The notes under the pieces were generated by a model. It saw nothing but the letters and a program-made list of their open reading frames with translations. It made no database searches and had not been told where the DNA came from. A stretch of 60,814 bases of DNA, from the IMG/VR virus record IMGVR_UViG_3300033144_004933, positions 1 to 60,814 of that record; one strand, written 5' to 3'. A program made the position numbers and the translations under genes. The DNA is from a virus. Its lineage: Duplodnaviria; Caudoviricetes. Below are positions 45,673 to 54,603 of the stretch, in pieces (within the stretch, counting starts at the first letter, position 1; the number at the start of each line of letters is the position of its first letter).

Positions 45673-47041
45673 AATTTTTAGTAAAATAATAATTCATTTC
45701 TGTAGTTAATTCACGTTGTACATAGTTAGTTATGTTTGGATGAGGAACTAATTTTATAGCAGTATCCTCCTTTTGTTCTGATCCAAACTTTTCCACTCTC
45801 AAATCTATATTCTTACCTTTAAATTGGTAACCTAATTTAGTTTGAGAGAGGGTTTTATTCCATGTTTCTATAGACCATCTTATAGAAGCTGGAGTAGCTT
45901 GAGAATATAAATAGTCTCCAGAAGGAAGTTTACGAACTCTCAGTAAATCTGAACTATTAAGTAACTTTTCCAGTTCTTTAAAACTCACTGCAAATTTTCC
46001 ATCTTCTTTATTAAAGTGGCATTTAAAAGAGGATATATTTCTAATAAACCAATCAAATCCTCTCTCTAGTATATTATTGCCTAACCATATGGGAGTTCCT
46101 CCAGCATCTGTGATACTAGACATCCTAATATGAGGACCTCCTCCTAGAGATTCCCATTTTACATAAGCATCTAATTGATAAAGAAATAACTCAAAGGAAA
46201 TAGGAGAAAATTTTTCACGTCGCCATGTATTCATCATCCTAGAAAAGTCCGTATTTCCAGTACAAAAAGGTTCATACCCACTATCAACACAAGTTCTTCC
46301 TGTACTCTTACCAGTTACCAAGAGCTTCATCTTGGTGCTAGAAGGAAGATGAGAATGTCTATATCCAGATAAAGCTTCTCTATAAGAAATAGTCCCTCTC
46401 TTACCTGAGATTCTGTGTTTAAGTTTTCCTTCTACGTCTACAGTAAATTTTACATACAAATCTTTAATAGTATGAGATATTCTTCCATTAGTAATTTCAA
46501 ATTCAGGAAATCTTATGGTAATGTCATAAGTAACTACATATAGTTTTTGCTTAGGACAATTTCTTTGTATTTCCCAATTTCCTGGAAAGACAGCTTCAAG
46601 AGCTATTTCTAGTCTTTTCACAAGATTCATATCCTTCTCTGTCTTGAGAACTATTTGCTTATAATAGTCTAGAACTCTCTTTTCATTCTTTTTAGTTACT
46701 AACCTAATGTTATATCCACTTAATGAAATACACTCTCCTTCAAAATATACTGAATAATACTTTCCAAGTTCATCTTCTATCTGTATAGATGTAGTACAAG
46801 TTCCATAAGGAGCTGCTCTTGAAGTATTTTGCAATACTGGAGGCAACGATCTTATTAATCCTTCCGGAGATGTATAGTCAACAAATTTTAGAATAGATCC
46901 CGCAGGAATATGGAAGTTAGTTTGCATTCTATGAATTACTCTTCTTGAATCTACAGTACATATTCTTGTAGGGTTATAGTCTTTGTTATTTTCATAAGAA
47001 TCTTCTCCTATAGTACTAGATTTTAGCTTCATTGTTGTCAT
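45662..47041 (-). CDS. Prokaryotic E2-like conjugating enzyme (predicted)
   Basis: IRFPEFEITN..HTIKDLYVKF..GYRHSHL...PFCTG (His motif followed by Cys at 46262-46264); located between Ubl and JAB genes. Confidence 0.65.
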   Translation of the reverse strand: MTTMKLKSSTIGEDSYENNKDYNPTRICTVDSRRVIHRMQTNFHIPAGSILKFVDYTSPEGLIRSLPPVLQNTSRAAPYGTCTTSIQIEDELGKYYSVYFEGECISLSGYNIRLVTKKNEKRVLDYYKQIVLKTEKDMNLVKRLEIALEAVFPGNWEIQRNCPKQKLYVVTYDITIRFPEFEITNGRISHTIKDLYVKFTVDVEGKLKHRISGKRGTISYREALSGYRHSHLPSSTKMKLLVTGKSTGRTCVDSGYEPFCTGNTDFSRMMNTWRREKFSPISFELFLYQLDAYVKWESLGGGPHIRMSSITDAGGTPIWLGNNILERGFDWFIRNISSFKCHFNKEDGKFAVSFKELEKLLNSSDLLRVRKLPSGDYLYSQATPASIRWSIETWNKTLSQTKLGYQFKGKNIDLRVEKFGSEQKEDTAIKLVPHPNITNYVQRELTTEMNYYFTKNYGK

Positions 47042-47045
47042 AATT

Positions 47046-47083
47046 AAAAAAAAATAAAGGGAGAGACTAATTTCTCCCCCTTT
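47046..47083 (-). terminator. Intrinsic terminator between the Ubl and E2-like genes
   Basis: - strand AAAGGGGGAGA AATTAG TCTCTCCCTTT followed by A and T9. Confidence 0.7.
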
Positions 47084-47096
47084 GAATTAAAATTTA

Positions 47097-47756
47097 CTAT
47101 ATGGTACCATCTTCTACTTCTCTACGAACTGCTTCTGCTTCTTGGTCTAATACAGCCCTAGAAATTCCTCCCTTTTGAATCCTTCTGATAGTCACATTAA
47201 AAGCATTATTAAAATTGTCTTGAAGCTCTTTAATAGCAGTTATAATAGCATCATTTTGATTATTTTCTCTATACTGATCACTACTAGCAGTAGAAACAAC
47301 AGGCTCACTATTAGCTAAACTTTGAGTAGTGTCTGCTTTAAGATCTTCTTTGGACACTATTAACAAAGAATTGTCAACTCCGTGTTTCTTATCATAAGCT
47401 CGAATTTTATACCTTAGAACTGAAGGATCTCTGCTCTCAGTACGCATAGCTTTCCTTTTTCTAATTACTTTTCTAAGCTCTCCTAAAGTCATTCGAGTAT
47501 AGATATCTTCTATATTATTAGCTATTCCTGATTTGACTTGTTTATGATAAAGAAATAAAGTGAATTCTCCCTCCGGCAATAGGGCTTGGTTAGATTCCAG
47601 ACTGTTTCTGGTATCCCTTACCACTGCTCTAATGTTATTGGTTGAAAAATTAGTTATGAGAGGTTTTAGGTCTCCCCAAGTTTGAACATCTGTTTCAATG
47701 TATTGCTCATCTCCCGCACTTTGCGGAGAATGAACGGTAATAGTTCTTATAGACAT
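47097..47756 (-). CDS. Ubiquitin-like (beta-grasp) precursor: residues 1-77 ending KQVKSG, plus a 142-aa extension
   Basis: RTITVHS..YIETDVQTWGDLKPLI..RAVV..LESNQALLPEGEFTLFLY..VKSG follows the beta-grasp strand/helix order; context with E2, JAB and E1. Confidence 0.7.
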   Translation of the reverse strand: MSIRTITVHSPQSAGDEQYIETDVQTWGDLKPLITNFSTNNIRAVVRDTRNSLESNQALLPEGEFTLFLYHKQVKSGIANNIEDIYTRMTLGELRKVIRKRKAMRTESRDPSVLRYKIRAYDKKHGVDNSLLIVSKEDLKADTTQSLANSEPVVSTASSDQYRENNQNDAIITAIKELQDNFNNAFNVTIRRIQKGGISRAVLDQEAEAVRREVEDGTI

Positions 47757-47782
47757 GCGTTATAAGTGTTAATAATTAATAA

Positions 47783-48220
47783 TCAGGAGATTTTTACATA
47801 AACTCCCGGTTTGGTTTTATTATAGCTATACCATTGCTTTTTTCTCAGAAAAGGAACGGGTATAAAACAATCCATATCATCATCTGAAATAAAATCATGG
47901 GCTACCATGAGGTCTGCTATAATTTGAACAGCATTGTGAAAATCAAATTTATGTCTACTCCCTCTAACAAAATGAAATTGTACTACATAAGGAGGAGATT
48001 TATCTCCTACCATAGATAGCCATTTAGCTTTTAACTCTTCAAATTGATTGGGCTTGTTGACATACTCTTTGACCTCCTTACTCCTTACAGAGTATCCTTT
48101 AATTCCTAGTCCTCTAAGATATTTAACTACTGTCCTAGAAGGGAATATCCCCCTGCTGGTCTTTATCTTGCTGTTCTTCAGAGAGGGCACATTTCCTGGA
48201 ATAAAAATCATATCCGACAT
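47783..48220 (-). CDS. RusA-like Holliday junction resolvase
   Basis: FIPGNVPSLKN, KFDFHNAVQIIADLMV..ISDDD, PGVYVKI. Confidence 0.8.
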   Translation of the reverse strand: MSDMIFIPGNVPSLKNSKIKTSRGIFPSRTVVKYLRGLGIKGYSVRSKEVKEYVNKPNQFEELKAKWLSMVGDKSPPYVVQFHFVRGSRHKFDFHNAVQIIADLMVAHDFISDDDMDCFIPVPFLRKKQWYSYNKTKPGVYVKIS

Positions 48221-49208
48221 TCTCTAATAGTTTAGCAAGGATTTTAGTAAATACTTCCCTCCCTCTTTCTTTATATAGGTCTGAAGCATCCTTAGGTAAA
48301 TCCTTAGAATTATGAATATACTCCATACCATATAGTAAAGAATGAGATTGGGCAGCCTTAATTCCTGGAGAATCATTGTCATAATAAATAACAGGGAAAG
48401 TATATCTCTGTTTTATTAATTCAATAATTCTTTTAGGGAGCTGGGTATTTTCTGATTGGGGTGCAATAGCATCCACTCCTAAAGAACGGAGTGTCATTAC
48501 ATCCTTTAGGGCTTTTGTAATTACCAACAAATTACCTTTTAAAGGTATAGCTGGTAATCCTTGTACAATTTTAAAAGAAACATTTGATACCCATTTCCTG
48601 TTGATATCCATTATATTTGGCCTAACTATCTTATATCTATAGTTTCCAAAACAATAAGCAAAAGCATATTTTTCTGCTTTAGTTATTTGTACCGGATATC
48701 CTTTTACTCTAAAATGAGCTATCTCTTTTACATTATACAAATCTAATATATCAGAAGTTACTCCATACTGGGCCCAATATTGCTCTCCTTCCGCAGATAG
48801 AGGAACAGATACAATCCCTATTTGGGTTTGAACTTTCTCATTATTACTCTTCACAGACTCTTCCGGAAGTTTAGCCGGAAGATATTTACCATCTGAAAGC
48901 TTCAAAATATCATTAGCTATCTTTCTAAGACAGATATTAAAATCACATCCATACTTAGCCATCACATACTGAAAACAATTCAAAGAATCTCCAGTAGCAA
49001 AATCTTTGTAAATAGCTTTTCCTGAAGCTGTAGTGTAAATAGTGCATGAAGGGGCTTTATCCCGTCTTAATTCAGAACAGAATGCTGCCCCTACACGCTT
49101 GAATGTTGAAATATAATAATGAAAAATATCAAGTTCTGAAACCCTGGACAGAATAGTAGAAGGATTTAAATCTTCTTTAGGTAAACGTCCTTCAGTTTCA
49201 AACAACAT
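48135..49208 (-). CDS. DNA primase (Toprim)
   Basis: FCSELRRDKAPSC..YKDFATG N-domain, LVITKALKDVM, IAPQSE, YYDNDSPG, KDASDL. Confidence 0.88.
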   Translation of the reverse strand: MLFETEGRLPKEDLNPSTILSRVSELDIFHYYISTFKRVGAAFCSELRRDKAPSCTIYTTASGKAIYKDFATGDSLNCFQYVMAKYGCDFNICLRKIANDILKLSDGKYLPAKLPEESVKSNNEKVQTQIGIVSVPLSAEGEQYWAQYGVTSDILDLYNVKEIAHFRVKGYPVQITKAEKYAFAYCFGNYRYKIVRPNIMDINRKWVSNVSFKIVQGLPAIPLKGNLLVITKALKDVMTLRSLGVDAIAPQSENTQLPKRIIELIKQRYTFPVIYYDNDSPGIKAAQSHSLLYGMEYIHNSKDLPKDASDLYKERGREVFTKILAKLLENVGYDFYSRKCALSEEQQDKDQQGDIPF

Positions 49209-49221
49209 TGTAATTTATTTA

Positions 49222-49848
49222 TTAATCCCAAGCAGCATCTGCATCAGTAGCAGAGGCTGTAGCACTACCATTAGAGGAAGTTTCAGTATCCGTAGGTTGT
49301 AATCTTACCATATCTCTGACATTATTTTCGTCAAATTTTAAGGTAGAATCTTCTGAGGGTACTGCTAATTCTTCAACAAATTTATAAAAAGCTAGCTCTG
49401 ATTTAAACCAGTTATTTTTCTTTTCCCCAGTATCAGACATTTTACCTTCAATCTCTACTCCTTTAAATTTCCATCTAGCTGCAGATCCTGAAAAGATACC
49501 AGAAAGGGCTTTTGCAAGTGCTTCGTGGTCTCCATCTGGAAGGTCTTTAGTGCCCATATCTAGCTTATCTCTAAGTCCTAGTTTATCAGAGATAATGATA
49601 AACCTATCTAGAATTGCTTCTTCTGTTTTAGGAGTCATCCAATAAGTATGGTCTGCTGTTTGACCTTTACCATCTAATTCTTTCTGAGGTTTACCTTCAA
49701 AATAGAATTTTACACCTGGAGTCCCTTTAGAAGTTGATTTAACAGATTCCACTTGTGTAATTTTGGCAACATGAATACCTGGTTTAAGATATTGAGAAAC
49801 AAATTCTTTTTCTTCAACCACACGGCCTTTAGTACTAAATCCACTCAT
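49222..49848 (-). CDS. Putative single-stranded DNA-binding protein (DUF669-like OB fold)
   Basis: YLKPGIHVAKITQVE N-terminus, acidic/aromatic C-tail DADAAWD; adjacent to a Sak4-like ATPase. Confidence 0.6.
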   Translation of the reverse strand: MSGFSTKGRVVEEKEFVSQYLKPGIHVAKITQVESVKSTSKGTPGVKFYFEGKPQKELDGKGQTADHTYWMTPKTEEAILDRFIIISDKLGLRDKLDMGTKDLPDGDHEALAKALSGIFSGSAARWKFKGVEIEGKMSDTGEKKNNWFKSELAFYKFVEELAVPSEDSTLKFDENNVRDMVRLQPTDTETSSNGSATASATDADAAWD

Positions 49849-49880
49849 TTTTTTAATTTTTTGAGTTAAACATTAATTAA

Positions 49881-50591
49881 TTATTCCCCAAGTTCATACT
49901 TGTCAATAGCTTGGATGATTGGAAACATATCATTAGGAACCATTATTTCAAAACATCCCATAGGGGTCTTTGCAGGTCTGGAACCATCATCATTAGTGAT
50001 ATATTTATATCTATCCTCCATTAACAAATCCTTTTGAGGAGGTAAAACTTTGGTATACAGTAAATACGTAAAGTAAGAAGGTATATCAATATCTCTGTCC
50101 AGCAACTTTCCTGGAGTTTTAATTTGATATCTTATACCCTCCATAGTATCTACTTCTTCAGGATGAAAATGTAGAATCAAAGTAAAATCATCTCTAAGGT
50201 CATCAATTCTAAATACAGAATTATAAACATCTGCAGCTAAATCTGCCCATTTCTTAAAAGCAGCATTCCCTGATGCAAGACCTCTAAAGGCTTCACTCTG
50301 AGTACGGCTATTAAAGAAATGAGTAAAATCTTCTATGACCATATATTTCACATGGGATATAGATTCCACCTCTTTAATGATAGAAGGAATATGATTCAAA
50401 CTACTTGTTATAATCACATTGCCCTTTTTTGATTCTCTGTCATACTTAACAAAGTTTTTTTTACTACCCGGAAAAGGTAATTGAATTTTCTGGTTAGGCA
50501 GAACCAGCACTGTCTCCTTAGGAGGCATATTTCTCAGGCCTGTGGTTTTTCCACTCCCGGACTTACCTACTACTCCAATTAATCTACCCAT
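49881..50591 (-). CDS. Sak4-like / AAA_24 ATPase (recombination mediator)
   Basis: GKSGSGKT, MVIEDF, KTPGKLLD, AKTPMGCF. Confidence 0.85.
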   Translation of the reverse strand: MGRLIGVVGKSGSGKTTGLRNMPPKETVLVLPNQKIQLPFPGSKKNFVKYDRESKKGNVIITSSLNHIPSIIKEVESISHVKYMVIEDFTHFFNSRTQSEAFRGLASGNAAFKKWADLAADVYNSVFRIDDLRDDFTLILHFHPEEVDTMEGIRYQIKTPGKLLDRDIDIPSYFTYLLYTKVLPPQKDLLMEDRYKYITNDDGSRPAKTPMGCFEIMVPNDMFPIIQAIDKYELGE

Positions 50592-50601
50592 ATTATATGT
50601 T

Positions 50602-51675
50602 TTAAGGGTGATACTTTAAGTTAATTATTTGCTCATAAAGAGCGGGATTTTCTTTCAACTCAGATACTTTTGGTATCTCTTGAAAATGTCCTACTTCGCC
50701 AACAAACTGAAGTCCTATTCTGATATCTGAAGCTCCATCTCTATTTTTCAAGACTGATAGGCTTCTAAATCTATCCTTCAATTTTTGAACGTCATATCCT
50801 CTAAAATTTGGTATTTCGTATTTTCTAGGTGAAAACAAAGCCATTATAATATTAGCATCTTGTTGAGTATTTCCAGTGTCTTTGAAATCAGACAGCTGGG
50901 GCTCTACTCTATCAAGTTTAAATCTGTCAGTAGTACTAATACTTCTACTAAGTTGTTGTACTACTACTGGAATAAATTTAAAATTATTCCGGAGAGGTAT
51001 GAGATATTCACTCATTTTATCTATATTATCTTTAGTACCAAATCCCCTTTCTTTTTTCATTAGGGCTATATGGTCTATTATAATTAAAATATACTGGTCT
51101 GGATTGTGAGGAATATACTTATCAAAGATGTTCAGGATTTCTTTGCCTGACCTTTCTCTTTTGTAAATAATATCTCCATTGTCCTTTGCAAACTGAAACA
51201 TATACTTATTTATCCCTGTAGGATTTTGAGCCCCATCAAAGACTGTTAGTACATCTTCCATTTCACAAAAATATTGTTTGGTAGATTTGACAAGTTCATA
51301 TACCTCTTGGCTAATTCTATGTTTCCCTCTGGAAAGAACAAAATTAACATCTGTCAAAAATCCATACTCCATATATATCTTTCTACAAATTGCCTTGGTT
51401 ATTTTTATATTTTTATCTATTTCCAACGACCAATAAAAGATTCTCAAATCTATCCCTGAATTTGGATTGGATTTATACCAATCATAGGGATTAAATAAGA
51501 AAGCATCATCTGTAAAAGCTGTTTTTCCACTGCCTGTTTCACCTCCTATTAAATAGTAGGTTCCCTGTTGTATTCCTGGAATATAAGACACTAAACGGTC
51601 AAATCCCATGGGGAGTCCTTTATTAAGGCCCAACATCCCCCTATCTATATCGGCAATTACATCATTAAATATCAT
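50602..51675 (-). CDS. DnaB-like SF4 replicative helicase
   Basis: GGETGSGKT, IIIDHIAL, VVQQLSR, DTGNTQQDANII, LKNRDG. Confidence 0.9.
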   Translation of the reverse strand: MIFNDVIADIDRGMLGLNKGLPMGFDRLVSYIPGIQQGTYYLIGGETGSGKTAFTDDAFLFNPYDWYKSNPNSGIDLRIFYWSLEIDKNIKITKAICRKIYMEYGFLTDVNFVLSRGKHRISQEVYELVKSTKQYFCEMEDVLTVFDGAQNPTGINKYMFQFAKDNGDIIYKRERSGKEILNIFDKYIPHNPDQYILIIIDHIALMKKERGFGTKDNIDKMSEYLIPLRNNFKFIPVVVQQLSRSISTTDRFKLDRVEPQLSDFKDTGNTQQDANIIMALFSPRKYEIPNFRGYDVQKLKDRFRSLSVLKNRDGASDIRIGLQFVGEVGHFQEIPKVSELKENPALYEQIINLKYHP

Positions 51676-52342
51676 CTGTTAAATCTCCAGTATTAAGTTG
51701 TACATTAGGAAAAATTAAATCTTGTTGAGAAGGAGATTTCAATCCTTCTACATATTCCTCCAACAAAGAGCCTCCTTCTTTTTCTATGAAATAGTCTGCT
51801 ATTTTCATATATGCAAAATTGGCTATTTGTTTTTCTGAAATATATTTCCTTGTAGCTTCAAAGATTTGTTCTTTGGTAACTTTAGGATGTTTTCTAATAA
51901 AAGATTTCATTTTCTTAATACAACCTCCCCTAGTACCTCTTACAGAATATCCTCCTGTCTTTACTCCCAGTGGAAATAAAGTCCTCCAATCTGGTATCCA
52001 ATCACGAACAGAATCTATAAGATTATCATTTCTAACAGGCTGTTCTTTTGGGGTATCTGGTTTTTGGTCCTTACTTATCCTTTCCTCTACGGATACTAAA
52101 TTAATAGCAGCCTTACGAGAATAATATGTCTCATCTGGACCTATTTTAATGAGTGCTTTCTTTTCTAGCTTATCATAATCAACTACTAACATCCCTAAGA
52201 CTGAAGTAGTTGAAGGATAAACTAAAAAATGTAGGAAAACAAACTCATCCGGAGTGAGCTTATGCTCCTCCAATTTACGAATATCTAACTCCATTTTTCT
52301 GTGTTGCTGGCCCTTAGAGGGAAGGGAAAACGAATATAACAA
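51665..52342 (-). CDS. Hypothetical replication-associated protein; true start probably at MELDIRK
   Basis: Overlaps the helicase start; WRTLFP...QIFEATRKYI...MKIADYFI. Confidence 0.6.
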   Translation of the reverse strand: MLYSFSLPSKGQQHRKMELDIRKLEEHKLTPDEFVFLHFLVYPSTTSVLGMLVVDYDKLEKKALIKIGPDETYYSRKAAINLVSVEERISKDQKPDTPKEQPVRNDNLIDSVRDWIPDWRTLFPLGVKTGGYSVRGTRGGCIKKMKSFIRKHPKVTKEQIFEATRKYISEKQIANFAYMKIADYFIEKEGGSLLEEYVEGLKSPSQQDLIFPNVQLNTGDLTDDI

Positions 52343-52350
52343 ATTAAACC

Positions 52351-52551
52351 TTAAGAACCAAAAGAATTCTTCAACATCAAGCCTATTTCTCCATCCAGAG
52401 ATTGCTCTTCAAATTCTTTAATTTGTTGGTCTATTTGTTCTTCTTTTTCCCTCCCCTTTAATTGCCTATTTACATTAAATTTCTCACCAGAAATTAGCGT
52501 AACTTTCGCTACAGTCTTTTTCTGATTCTTCTTTGAGTTTTTTTTCTCCAT
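52351..52551 (-). CDS. Hypothetical protein (66 aa)
   Basis: ORF on the coding strand, overlaps the upstream gene. Confidence 0.5.
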   Translation of the reverse strand: MEKKNSKKNQKKTVAKVTLISGEKFNVNRQLKGREKEEQIDQQIKEFEEQSLDGEIGLMLKNSFGS

Positions 52552-52978
52552 CTCTTTTGAATTTAGTTATTTTCTTATCTAAACTTTTTACTTTAGAAAG
52601 CATTTCCTGCTTACCTTGCTGAAGATATTTTACAGCAGGAAAACTATCATCCGTTAATAAATTGCTAAGGATAATCCATTTTTCCTCTAGTTCAGGATAA
52701 TGATTTAAAAAGTAATTGAAATTGAAAAGAAAATGATTTATAGATACATAACTATCGTATCCCATATAAAAAGCAAGTTGGGGTCTATTAACTAATTTCT
52801 CCCTAGAAGATTTATCAATCCCATATTTAAGATCAATAAGATTAATAAATAATCTTTGGGCCATCATTAGTTTAGGATGTCTTTCCTTGCCTCTTACAGT
52901 ATATCCTAACTCAAATTCTACTAGCTCCCGTATAAAATCAAGGTCTTTAAGTACTTTCCTTGATAAGGGTTCTATCAT
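52484..52978 (-). CDS. Hypothetical protein (164 aa), possibly HTH-containing
   Basis: ATGA-coupled to the SF2 helicase; NRPQLAFYMGY..SINH. Confidence 0.6.
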   Translation of the reverse strand: MIEPLSRKVLKDLDFIRELVEFELGYTVRGKERHPKLMMAQRLFINLIDLKYGIDKSSREKLVNRPQLAFYMGYDSYVSINHFLFNFNYFLNHYPELEEKWIILSNLLTDDSFPAVKYLQQGKQEMLSKVKSLDKKITKFKRDGEKKLKEESEKDCSESYANFW

Positions 52979-54162
52979 TGAGAAAGTTTATCAAGACAAT
53001 CCGCAACCCCATTGCAATTGATGATATTTAAACTTTCTACGTTCTCAAACATAGAGTCAAACCACTTTACTTCCTGAGTACCAAAAGTCACCAGGATAAA
53101 GATTCTTCCCACTTCTCCATTATCTCTTAATCTCCCTATTCTCTGGATTAAATCTTTTTCCTTTGAATAATAGGACATTATGATACAATTATCCAGGTCT
53201 GTGAGATTAGCTCCTTGCTTTAATTTTTTAAAAGCAGCAATGATATTAGTCTCTTTAGCTTCAAACGAATCTCTAATAGCTTCATTTTGCTTAGCTGTAT
53301 TATGAGAACTGATAACATTAGGAGTAACTTGACTAAGAGCATCAAGACTATTGCCAAAAATAATAGTCCTTCCTTTAATTCCTTTTATTAACTCCTTAGT
53401 AGTTATTACTTTACTAGGTAAGTTGTATAAAAGTTTTGCTCTTGCTGCAGAGGTAACTCTAATTCTGAATGACCTTATAGCTTCTGGAGCAAAGAGAGCT
53501 TTCTTAAACTGACTGTCTTTATAATTATAAGCTCCCCACTCTGTTTGGTAAAATACTTTAGTCTTATTACCCGCCTGAATGTTTTTCTTATGCATATCCA
53601 ATTTATGAGATATGACATAAATATCTAATTTCCTAGAAGTACCATCTTTTTGGCCTTTATCTAGTCCATAAGTAAAACAAACAGGAGCTATATCCTTAAG
53701 AATTTCACCTTTAGTAAGGAAATCTAATTCATCTTCAGTTTCCACCTCTGCATTTTCATCAATAGTAGCAGATAATCCTATGATATGTTTAATAGTATTG
53801 TTTTTATAAAACTTACTATATTCTTTAGTTAAACTATCATGTATTTCATCTGCAATTACTAAGTCAAATGTTTTTCCAAACCATTTGTAAACGGTCTGGT
53901 AGCAAGCAAACTCAATCTCTACATTTAAGTCCTTTGCCCATTTTTCTTGCTCTATTCTAAGCTCTCGCTCTCTATCTGTAACTTCAGCCAGAAACAATAT
54001 CTTTGCACTTTTGCTTTCTAATTTTGCAGCCTCTAATGCAATTCTATTCTTACCTAATCCGGTAATAATTTCTATTGTTCCCCTCTTACCAGCATTTATC
54101 CATGCAGTAAGGGCTTTTTTCTGTACCTCAGTTTTTTTCTTATCTATCACTTGTGTTTTCAT
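52975..54162 (-). CDS. SF2 helicase (UvsW/ResIII-like)
   Basis: IITGLGKN, IADEIH, GLSAT, LKQGANL, LIQRIGR. Confidence 0.88.
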   Translation of the reverse strand: MKTQVIDKKKTEVQKKALTAWINAGKRGTIEIITGLGKNRIALEAAKLESKSAKILFLAEVTDRERELRIEQEKWAKDLNVEIEFACYQTVYKWFGKTFDLVIADEIHDSLTKEYSKFYKNNTIKHIIGLSATIDENAEVETEDELDFLTKGEILKDIAPVCFTYGLDKGQKDGTSRKLDIYVISHKLDMHKKNIQAGNKTKVFYQTEWGAYNYKDSQFKKALFAPEAIRSFRIRVTSAARAKLLYNLPSKVITTKELIKGIKGRTIIFGNSLDALSQVTPNVISSHNTAKQNEAIRDSFEAKETNIIAAFKKLKQGANLTDLDNCIIMSYYSKEKDLIQRIGRLRDNGEVGRIFILVTFGTQEVKWFDSMFENVESLNIINCNGVADCLDKLSQ

Positions 54163-54197
54163 AGTATAAGTTTTTAAGGGAATTGTTAATAATTTAT

Positions 54198-54494
54198 TTA
54201 ATTTCTCATCTGCGAATCTCCAAGTTCATCTTGTTCTATTGCAGATATTACTCCCTGTAAATCTTCTGCAGTTGAATTCTTTATAGTATTCAATATCCTG
54301 CTTATTTTACCTTGGTGAGTATGAGTGGTCATCAGGAACTTTTCCTGATACTGTCCTGTTGCTTTTTTAGCATTTAGCTCATTCATATCTTCTAAAGCAT
54401 CTGCAATTCTTTTCAGTGAGGATGCCATACTAGGAATATCGCCTTCTAAAAGCTTTTTCCCGTACATTGTTTCATGTAATTCCGCCATTTTCAA
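54198..54494 (-). CDS. Hypothetical protein; start probably at the ATG of MAELHET
   Basis: ORF on the coding strand. Confidence 0.6.
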   Translation of the reverse strand: MKMAELHETMYGKKLLEGDIPSMASSLKRIADALEDMNELNAKKATGQYQEKFLMTTHTHQGKISRILNTIKNSTAEDLQGVISAIEQDELGDSQMRN

Positions 54495-54603
54495 TTTGAT
54501 TTATAGACATGAAATACCTAACCTCATCAACCTTAAAACTATATCCTAATAGCTCTAGGGTGTCAGGATTACGTACTTCATTGTCTTCTATTAATACATA
54601 CAT
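54472..54603 (-). CDS. Small ORF missing from the track (43 aa, MYVLIEDNEVRNPDTLELLGYSFKVDEVRYFMSINQIENGGIT)
   Basis: Fills the gap between the Mom-like gene and the 98-aa ORF, overlapping both. Confidence 0.45.
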   Translation of the reverse strand: MYVLIEDNEVRNPDTLELLGYSFKVDEVRYFMSINQIENGGIT

